A stretch of DNA of 64,000 bases from an uncultured Calditrichaceae bacterium. GTDB lineage: Bacteria; Calditrichota; Calditrichia; Calditrichales; J004. A program made the position numbers and the translations under genes. Numbering within the stretch: the stretch's first letter is position 1; each line of letters starts with the position of its first letter. The stretch covers positions 4,110 through 68,109 of the forward strand of contig CAYWBI010000004.1 in NCBI GenBank assembly GCA_964456445.1, given 5' to 3'. This document shows, piece after piece, positions 58,801-64,000 of this stretch. Below the pieces are notes generated by a model. The model made no database searches and was not told where the DNA came from. It was given only the letters and a program-made list of their open reading frames with translations.

Positions 58801-60679
58801 ATTTCAGCGCCTGCATCATTTGATCCACTTCCGCGTCCGTAGCGGTTAAAGGCTCCGTCGAAATTGTCTTCAAATCGCCCAGAAGATCGTTGTACTCATA
58901 ACCTAAGGCGGCAAGAATTCCGGGCCCGAGCGTGTTTAGGTACACCTCCGCCAGGAGTTTGTATTGCGGATCGGCAAAGGTCTTTTTCCATTTTTCCAGA
59001 CTGTCTGCCGAAGGCCGATCGTGCCGTTCAACACCAAGCGGATCGCCCATACTGCCCTTAGGCGCGGGACGCCCGCCATAATTCAACATCCCGTCCCGAT
59101 AATCGATGCCCAGTTCCATACAAAGTTTCGATACGGCTTTTTCCGGTGTTTCTATCAGCTCTTCATAACGCACTACCGAAACGGCTCCGGGATTTTTACG
59201 CATAAAATCAGCCAAAAGCACCGGCGCCAGCAGAAGATCGTTTCGGTGCAGTCCCAGACGGTTCCAGTCCCGCCCGATCCAGGTGGTTAAAATAGAAGCA
59301 AGTACGGCCAGCGGATTGCGCAGCAATAGCACCCTTCCGGCCTGAGGCAAGAGTTCCATCAGTTCGGGCAGGATATGATAATAGCGCGGGGTTTTATCCA
59401 GGAAAAGCTCCCGGCCGCTGTTCTGCAGGGCGCGCCCGTACCAGGTGTGGGCCATGGCGCGTAAACCATCGAGATAGTCTTCCCGCCCGTTGGGCATGTT
59501 GTCCATAAAATCCTTTAAACCGATTTGGGCGTCCACCGCACTGTATTCACTTTGCAGCCCCTGCTCTTTTAGGGCATAGAGCGGATGGAGCATGATCCAG
59601 GGTTCGGCCACGGTGTGCACTTTTGGATTTCCGGCCAGGATACGTTGAAGCAAGGTGGAACCGGCCCGCGGCTGAGAGATGAGAAAAATCAGGTTTTCAC
59701 CGAGGTACTTTTCAACACTGTTGTTTTGCGCTTTCAGTGCAGGGTTTATTTTTTGCCGGTCTTGTTTTTCCATGGGTACATCCTTTTGGACGGGTGCATT
59801 GATATCATTGAGGTTTAGTTGTTCGGGATTTATTTTACCAAGTGCGCCAAGATGCACGAGTAAGGAATTTAACTCAGAAAGGACATATTTCTGCTCGCCG
59901 ATGCTGCGCTCTTGTAACAGGTGCAGGTTTTTCCGCATGACCATGAGAGCGGAAGCATAGAGATTGTCATTCTGTTTGTGATGGATACCTTCGCGATGAT
60001 CGCGGTAAAAAACCGTTTTGGCGCCGGAATAAACCACGGGATATTTAGATGCCATATTTATTTTAAGGTCCCAATCCACATGTACACTTATGGATGGATC
60101 GCCATAGCCAACCTTGCGCATAGCGGCCGTATCCATCAATTGGTTACGAAAAAGACTCCGGCGTCCTTTAAAAAAGTGCTTGGCGAAAGCCGCCACAAAA
60201 ACTTCGCCGGAAGGCGGATCAGGATCGCCTTTTTTATGCCAAACATCTTTTATGTCCCCATTTGCATCAACTATGGTCACATTGGAATAGGCTACTTTGG
60301 CACGAGTGTTTTTTTGCAAAACCTTCCATTCCATCTCCAGTTTTTCTGGATGCCAATAATCATCACCATCGATAACCGTAGTCCAATCACATGTTACCTG
60401 ATCCTTACCAAATTTGCCATTAGCGATATGCCCGATATTATTCTCATGACGGAAAACACGAAACAATTTAGGATACCGTTTTTTATATTTGGTTATGATT
60501 TCCCAGGATTTGTCACTCGAGCAATCATCACATACTATAATCTCAGATGGTTTTAGTGTTTGTTTGATGATGCTTACCAGGCATTGATCAATATATTTCT
60601 CAAAATTGTAAGAAAATACGACAACACTGATAAGTGGTTTTTGATTGCTTACTTTTTTTGGGAAGGCTTTCTTTCGCAT
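52823..60679 (-). CDS. 2,618-aa multidomain glycan-modifying enzyme: GT2 - sulfotransferase - GT2 - GT-B - GT-B - GT2 - GT2 - TPR
   Basis: Uninterrupted ORF. GT2 signatures: ISVVVFSYN/DDCSSD/DGDDYW; VSAVVSTYN/IDAHSP/NTDD; VALIIPVFN/VDNGSTDGT/LNNDT; ASIIMLTCN/VDNGSTDGT/LNNDV. Sulfotransferase-like motifs are SQPRAGSTLL and LLLRNPLAVLAS. GT4-like motifs are ILVVVHNFPPYWFGGTENY ... SLTETYSMVVRESFMLKTPVIA. The C-terminal ~380 aa are TPR. Approximate nt boundaries are given in the findings. Confidence 0.85.
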   Translation of the reverse strand: MRKKAFPKKVSNQKPLISVVVFSYNFEKYIDQCLVSIIKQTLKPSEIIVCDDCSSDKSWEIITKYKKRYPKLFRVFRHENNIGHIANGKFGKDQVTCDWTTVIDGDDYWHPEKLEMEWKVLQKNTRAKVAYSNVTIVDANGDIKDVWHKKGDPDPPSGEVFVAAFAKHFFKGRRSLFRNQLMDTAAMRKVGYGDPSISVHVDWDLKINMASKYPVVYSGAKTVFYRDHREGIHHKQNDNLYASALMVMRKNLHLLQERSIGEQKYVLSELNSLLVHLGALGKINPEQLNLNDINAPVQKDVPMEKQDRQKINPALKAQNNSVEKYLGENLIFLISQPRAGSTLLQRILAGNPKVHTVAEPWIMLHPLYALKEQGLQSEYSAVDAQIGLKDFMDNMPNGREDYLDGLRAMAHTWYGRALQNSGRELFLDKTPRYYHILPELMELLPQAGRVLLLRNPLAVLASILTTWIGRDWNRLGLHRNDLLLAPVLLADFMRKNPGAVSVVRYEELIETPEKAVSKLCMELGIDYRDGMLNYGGRPAPKGSMGDPLGVERHDRPSADSLEKWKKTFADPQYKLLAEVYLNTLGPGILAALGYEYNDLLGDLKTISTEPLTATDAEVDQMMQALKLPPNQLKALPALVESYRSKTPAFSVSSEKPAANSYRVSAVVSTYNSEKFIRGCLEGLVNQSLYTKGQLEIIVIDAHSPQNEKAIVEEFQKKQDHIRYVRTDQRETVYESWNRGIKMARAPYVTNANTDDRLRADALEKLAGLLDAHPDKALAYGDSLVTTVPNETFEDNSSDGSQDLVWPDFDRRTMHSWCYIGPHPVWRKSLHEELGYFDTSLKSAADWEFWLRVALKHDFIHLKEFIGLYYLSDETVSRRGNAPLIEAKQVRQKYKAAYKELPGEMILPPKMTITEAGKKNILVVVHNFPPYWFGGTENYVFNYVKALQQKGLTVHVLFPHLDEDQATPELRLRVYKGITTLQLWYDLNLYNDFLGAGGEILTQMFDELLTHNDFSYIHFQHIKNIPFDVGQIAAKHNIPYAVTLHDFTLMCFRNHFYIDEKSTLCSGPGKDKCASCFFDLYKQAPQGNQLQMVTEQMGMRAQSARELLKAAEKITAPSTFVKNSFVENGYISADRVEVHPLGLPALTPISNSGPHKKTVFGFLGTFGKLKNLATLLVAFKGSDMDAELEIWGKDMPQTENELHEFCKDDPRLRTMGVYQPADLPQILSRIDVLVVPSLTETYSMVVRESFMLKTPVIAGAVGGILDVVTDGENGWLFPPTDGGALLKIMQKIVKHPQDIAARAARIPEILTIAEDAAYWYDFFCEGPTAAPLKHKDKQSDKPRIGFLSADPVDRACPLIRLDAPLRRLHDAGWIDYQQLSAKDENGYTVNLENLDILILQRNMPGFYKYEGLKKYLDAFGVKLVYEFDDAFWTLPETHLAYNFYNQMRPQLDAYIQNADLVTVSTDYMARYCRDKNDNVRVLHNVIDEQLWPFKAPVQSGEKVRLLFAGTMTHQLDLRTIAKPLIKILNAYKDKVELVLWGNEIPELMELPNVVRGPQFTPVYPEYARQLQGMDIDLALVPLDDTPFNKAKSHIKWLEYAACGIPAVFSKLAAYPKFVQDKKTGLLVENTNKAWFRAIKWMIDNPQKRIQIAENAQKEVAEKYTLSKNLHQWRDAYFSLLDREAPREPVIAAQAAPEVALIIPVFNKLEYTQKCLKAVNEQSTGIDYEVIVVDNGSTDGTATWLKEQASKDKRIKVISNRQNSGFAVANNQAVKTTQAPYVLFLNNDTEPRAHWLDAMLAIVRSDDGVGAVGSKLLYPDMTIQHAGVAIVEDLKNGDPLLAQNILVGQPHDHPQTNLIISLQAVTAACLLAPRTAFEQVGGFDEGFWNGYEDVDLCFRLRKAGYDVVYQPHSEVIHHESKSGVERFKKVAENINRLHEKWLGKVPLDFRIETDGSATQLNGTPIKLYEPNSGDTRTEEDGRPLASIIMLTCNALEMTRKCVASVLAHTAYPFELIFVDNGSTDGTVDWLKTFSAQNDGVRAIYNSENRGFSAGNNQGVAKAGGDYICLLNNDVLVADGWLEDLIDAFDRDERIGMVGAVTNKASGMQILKNIPYTDDAGFYPFADNWRAQHQGEVTPRRRLAGFVMLTGRTVYEQVQGFDEGYGLGNFEDDDISLKIRAAGYALMVHDGTYIHHYGHSSFKANKIDLLESLKANEKIFRKKWPEVDYDELLEIKNPLHKVHPALIEQASRMLEQGEAAGAMELYKQVWNENPLSGEALVGMAFSCQAQGDLENAELYLQKAHLHFPDNPMVLNQLGVVKAQQGDPETALKYFEHTVKLDGSFLDAHHNLGQVLVETGRYEEGVKVFVACLSTNENDLVALVMMARFNLEAGRNEEAALYLEKARSIDPENPEVNEMLELCRGTENGTDRSSWQQKSDEGYELLNAFKEEAAEICFKESLNLQETPEALMGQALCAVRKEQQIRAITTLNKLIEKWPDFEVAYNQLGIIYFQNGELKNALGSFAKAIGLNPGYLEAQRNYGLSLVESGDYKNGIETFDHILGKHPDDIETLLIMANFYSEIERWAEAGKFADKVLSLDPVNSDALQLQERFKNYSGVEVI

Positions 60680-60689
60680 ATCAATTTCC

Positions 60690-61583
60690 TTAATCTATAA
60701 ATGAAAAATCATATCCATAAGACTCATAAGCATTTTTCAGTTGATATTTTTCAAAAAAATATTTGAATACTTCTTTTTGCCATTCGTTAAAATGCTGATA
60801 TCGGGCAGATGCATCTGTTTTATTTTTATCGGATTTATGTTCATTGACCACACCGGTTCGAAATACCTTTCTTAAATATATCTCGTCAACGGAAAGACGC
60901 CCGTTCGTAAGTTTCGCTATAATCCCACTCAACACATCAGGATTGTTGGTCACCTCTTCCATTTTTATCGCGCCCAGATAATTATAAGCGTTTATGTTTT
61001 TTACGATATCATATGCATCAAGGTCTTTACGCAGGCTGCCTAACACAGCAGAAGCACCAATAAAGGCAAGGTTCTCAATATCTCCCGGAAAAAAATCATA
61101 CTTCAGCGCGAGCTTGTGTATAAATTCCCGGGCCTCATTTAACACTTTTCCCAGTGTCCAATGCAGCTCGTTCAAGTCATAGCGAAATAGTGATTTAAAT
61201 TGTCCATAACCGCTCCAAACCAGAGAAACCGGATGGCGCACAAGGTTCATGACTGTGTAATTTTTCTTATTTGGACCAAAACGTTCCCACAGATATGGGA
61301 GATCGCGCATTCTTAACACATGGACAGAACCATAAAACTTTCCATTTCCCATTTTTTCGATTTGTTCATACTTTGCATCCACGGTATCAATGCTCCGGGA
61401 TAGATAGCCTTTATGCAACGCTAATAAATTTGCGCGCAGACTCTCATCGCTATTCATCCCTCTTTCATTCGCGGGGATGTTCCGTGCGCTATGGCTGCAA
61501 ACAATCTCCGGATGGAGATTAAGCGCGTAGGCCAGCCAGTTACTTGCGCTCCAGCCATGCGAGGTTATGATAAAATGGTTCAT
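60690..61583 (-). CDS. Sulfotransferase-fold-like protein (tentative)
   Basis: N-terminal FIITSHGWSASNWL resembles a 5'-PSB loop. NLVRHPVSLVWS resembles the 3'-PB (RxP...S) motif. It is AT-rich, at about 23-33% GC in the two hand-counted lines (60721-60840). Confidence 0.4.
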   Translation of the reverse strand: MNHFIITSHGWSASNWLAYALNLHPEIVCSHSARNIPANERGMNSDESLRANLLALHKGYLSRSIDTVDAKYEQIEKMGNGKFYGSVHVLRMRDLPYLWERFGPNKKNYTVMNLVRHPVSLVWSGYGQFKSLFRYDLNELHWTLGKVLNEAREFIHKLALKYDFFPGDIENLAFIGASAVLGSLRKDLDAYDIVKNINAYNYLGAIKMEEVTNNPDVLSGIIAKLTNGRLSVDEIYLRKVFRTGVVNEHKSDKNKTDASARYQHFNEWQKEVFKYFFEKYQLKNAYESYGYDFSFID

Positions 61584-62509
61584 AAATATTTCTCCGCATA
61601 GCCAAATCCCGAAGCTCCGAAACCATTGCCATTATAAAACATGTATAGTTTATTGCCCATTTTATACACACTGGGATATGCGACCATCTCCGAATCCCAT
61701 CCGTGTTGAGACGGGACAAGGCCGGCCAGATGATCCATGCGCTTAAAGCGGATGCCATCCATGGATTCCGCGTATCCGATCCGGTAAGAAGATTTTTTTT
61801 GGGTACGATAATCCTTTCGTCCTCTAACCGAATACCACATTTTATACGTGCCGTTGTCCTTCAGCACAGTCGGGCAGGCAATACCCCCTTCCCCAGGTTC
61901 CAGACCAACGGAAGTGAGGCCTTCACGACGCCAGGATTTACCATCCGAGGATTCGGCATATTTTATTTCGTATGCCGGTTCCATAATTCCATCAATTTTA
62001 TCCCAGCCAAGATATGACATATACCAGGTACGCAAACGTTCGCCCTCGGTCATCAGGGCCTGGCACGAAACGGATACCGGGTCACAGCTGTTCCTGTCCA
62101 TGATTGGACCGGCAGACGCCTTTTTAAAGGTACGCCCATCCTCACTGATGGCCAGCCCCAAGGCGGTCCGATAACGAGCTGTGTTGCCCGTATTCCACCC
62201 CACATAGTAAAAATAGGTTCGGTCATGATAGCGGATAACTTCCGAAGGCATCACACCGGAATCATCAAAGGTACCGGCAGGGCCCAATTCTAAAATGGGC
62301 GTTGGATGCTCATATAATACCTTCGCCGGATTGCAGGCATCTACCTCAATAAACGATGTCCGTGTCCGGTTTTTGTCATCCCTCGTTCCATAATAAATAC
62401 GTAAAACATCTTCCCCGACCGGTTCCACAATTGGAACCTGGGCATGGGTCAATGTCCACGCATGATTACCATTGACACAAAAAATGCGGCCTTTTTTAAC
62501 CCAGCTCAT
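61580..62509 (-). CDS. Five-bladed beta-propeller glycosidase-fold protein (GH32/43/68/130-like superfamily), function unknown
   Basis: Repeated blade-like segments: W...H...P, RIYYGTRD, YFYYVGW, LGLAISEDG.TF, YAESSDGKSW, YAESMDGIRF, YMFYNGNGFG. This is typical of uncharacterised propeller proteins in glycan clusters. Confidence 0.5.
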   Translation of the reverse strand: MSWVKKGRIFCVNGNHAWTLTHAQVPIVEPVGEDVLRIYYGTRDDKNRTRTSFIEVDACNPAKVLYEHPTPILELGPAGTFDDSGVMPSEVIRYHDRTYFYYVGWNTGNTARYRTALGLAISEDGRTFKKASAGPIMDRNSCDPVSVSCQALMTEGERLRTWYMSYLGWDKIDGIMEPAYEIKYAESSDGKSWRREGLTSVGLEPGEGGIACPTVLKDNGTYKMWYSVRGRKDYRTQKKSSYRIGYAESMDGIRFKRMDHLAGLVPSQHGWDSEMVAYPSVYKMGNKLYMFYNGNGFGASGFGYAEKYL

Positions 62510-63492
62510 AGCAGTCCTTCCACACGTTCCAGGGTATTGCCGGTTGAAACCATCTTCCCGGAATATTCAACAGTCATTTCGGCCACAGCATATCCTATAT
62601 CAATGGCTGGCACCGTTTTCATTTTCCTTCTCCATCTCCCCGTATCAAGCACAAAGGAGTTTTCATTTTCACGTGGGGCCCGATGATAAATATTAATACC
62701 GCCGCCGAGACTTTCATTTATCATATTCGCAATTTCATCAAGCGAAGGACTGCTCCAGCCAACATTGAACACTTCAAACGGTAACAATCCTTTTGTATTA
62801 GTAAGCAATTCCATGACAACGGCAGCAATATCCTTAACATGGATTTGCGGACGACGCTGTGCACCGCCCCATACCGATATAGATTTTTTTTGTAGGCTAT
62901 CCAGGATAAAACGATTAACGATAAATTCTTTTTTCATACGAGGAGAATAACCGAATGCCATGGCCAGCCGTAATATCACGACCGAAACAAAACCGGATTT
63001 ATACGTATTCAAAATCTTTTCTGCCTGCCATTTGGATTGGGAATAAAGCTCAGCGGGATTTGGCGACAATTGTTCGCTTAATCGATGTCTATAATCATTG
63101 CCATAAACACCAAAGGTTGAAGCAAATATGATTTTTTTACAAGTACCTTCTGCACTGAGGCGGACAAATTCCCGGAACCCTTCAACATTCACATCATAAG
63201 TATGCTGCGGCGCCATTCTCCCCGCACGGCCATCGGACACGCCGGCAAGGTAAATGACGGTTTCCACATCCCTGAGACTTTTATGGACTATCTCCGTATC
63301 GCGGATGTCGCCGCTGAGGAACGTAAAATTATTTGTATTGTTATTTAAGCTTACAGGCAAATATGCCGGCGGCCTCTGGTCAAGAATGGTTATTTTGTAT
63401 CCCCTTTGATAAAGGGAATCTGCAAGGATGCTTCCGATATATCCGGCGCCGCCCGTGATCAGGATACGATCGCCGCTATTCATTCTCATCAT
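62506..63492 (-). CDS. NAD-dependent epimerase/dehydratase (extended SDR)
   Basis: Rossmann motif ILITGGAGYIGS. The catalytic YSQSK gives Y-x-x-x-K. It shares a 4-nt overlap with the downstream gene. Confidence 0.85.
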   Translation of the reverse strand: MMRMNSGDRILITGGAGYIGSILADSLYQRGYKITILDQRPPAYLPVSLNNNTNNFTFLSGDIRDTEIVHKSLRDVETVIYLAGVSDGRAGRMAPQHTYDVNVEGFREFVRLSAEGTCKKIIFASTFGVYGNDYRHRLSEQLSPNPAELYSQSKWQAEKILNTYKSGFVSVVILRLAMAFGYSPRMKKEFIVNRFILDSLQKKSISVWGGAQRRPQIHVKDIAAVVMELLTNTKGLLPFEVFNVGWSSPSLDEIANMINESLGGGINIYHRAPRENENSFVLDTGRWRRKMKTVPAIDIGYAVAEMTVEYSGKMVSTGNTLERVEGLL

Positions 63493-64000
63493 CCCAGTAG
63501 CCGTTTTTTGAAATTAATCCATAATAATCGTTTCGGGTGACGCCTACCACAATTTTATCCCAAAAGCGATTTTTTCGGAAATAATAGTTACGTTGTCTGC
63601 CCTCTTCCACCCAGCCACATTTCTTAAGATAAACTGCAAGAGAAATTTTATTATACTCGATCATGGAACCATCAAGCCGTTCCAATCCAAGTTCATCAAA
63701 CGCATAGCGCATAACAGCCATTATTGTATCTGTCCCATAGCCCTTGCCGCGTATATCTTTATCACCAAGCATCATACCATGAAAGGCATTCCGGTCTTTC
63801 CAATTGATATTTACAAGATTTGCGGTACCAATGATGCCCATGTCCGGGGTTTCTATGGCAAATCGTTGATCCGCAGAGGCAGGCGATAAATTTTCAAACC
63901 ATTTTTTTTGATCGCTAATAGATATCGGGAAGTGCCAGGAGGCTAATAGCGGCCAGATTTTCGGATCATTTGCCCATTGATGCAGTATTTCCAAATCGCT
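63476..64000 (-). CDS. GNAT-family N-acetyltransferase (RimJ/RimL-like), 5' end probably outside window
   Basis: ...ILHQWANDPKIW...FAIE...IGTANLVNINWKDRNAFHGMMLGDKDIRGKGYGTD... The track 'M' at 63994 is a TTG, and the frame stays open to base 64000. Confidence 0.75.
   Translation of the reverse strand, partial: SDLEILHQWANDPKIWPLLASWHFPISISDQKKWFENLSPASADQRFAIETPDMGIIGTANLVNINWKDRNAFHGMMLGDKDIRGKGYGTDTIMAVMRYAFDELGLERLDGSMIEYNKISLAVYLKKCGWVEEGRQRNYYFRKNRFWDKIVVGVTRNDYYGLISKNGYWDDENE

Noticed and set aside
53150-60556. Long plus-strand ORFs inside the giant gene: 53150..53797 (215 aa), 53885..54598 (237 aa), 58190..58750 (186 aa), 59921..60556 (211 aa) and many shorter ones.
   Set aside because: All are antisense to a 2,618-aa ORF with clear domain signatures. 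Their translations are low-complexity, with no motifs and no SD sites. Long antisense frames are expected opposite GC-rich coding sequence.

Overview
This is a 64-kb chromosomal window with mostly housekeeping and envelope genes. Overall GC looks like 45-50% by eye, with two clearly AT-rich patches. The organism appears to be a Gram-negative of the FCB superphylum. Supporting evidence: three proteins end in type-A T9SS sorting domains (NPFNPST-type motif), and there is a PorU-type C25 sortase, a BshB1-like bacillithiol deacetylase and two sigma-54 enhancer-binding proteins. Strong Shine-Dalgarno sites (AAGGAGG, GGAGGTGA) argue against classical Bacteroidia. I cannot name the taxon from sequence alone.

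I support 47 protein-coding genes, two of them truncated by the window edges. I also support tRNA-Leu(UAA), tRNA-Cys(GCA), tRNA-Gly(GCC), a tmRNA encoding the tag AENNYALAA, and two convincing intrinsic terminators. I see no rRNA, CRISPR array, transposase, IS element or prophage genes.

The most unusual content, in order:
1. A co-directional operon of at least 14.7 kb (49287-64000, minus strand). It is built around a 2,618-aa ORF that fuses four GT2 modules, two GT-B modules, a sulfotransferase module and a TPR tail. Two more GT2-TPR proteins, a second sulfotransferase-like gene, a beta-propeller protein, an epimerase and a GNAT accompany it. No polymer-export or lipid-carrier genes are in view.
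2. A family of short GC-clamped palindromes and hairpin modules that fill otherwise gene-free intergenic regions (about 1988-2250, 3252-3432, 10096-10398, 12787-12832, 33879-33902, 49215-49254). One 39-nt unit recurs 47 kb apart at 34/39 identity. Hairpin stems differ between copies while pairing is kept.
3. A low-GC (about 33% versus about 57-63% in flanks) single-gene island encoding an MmeI/PglX-like fused nuclease-methyltransferase next to xerD.
4. A Nal1/S1-type serine protease translationally coupled to a free-standing copy of its own N-terminal domain.
5. A membrane protein that joins an HU DNA-binding fold to a LysM-like peptidoglycan-binding domain.

All functional calls come from motifs read by eye. 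No database search was run.
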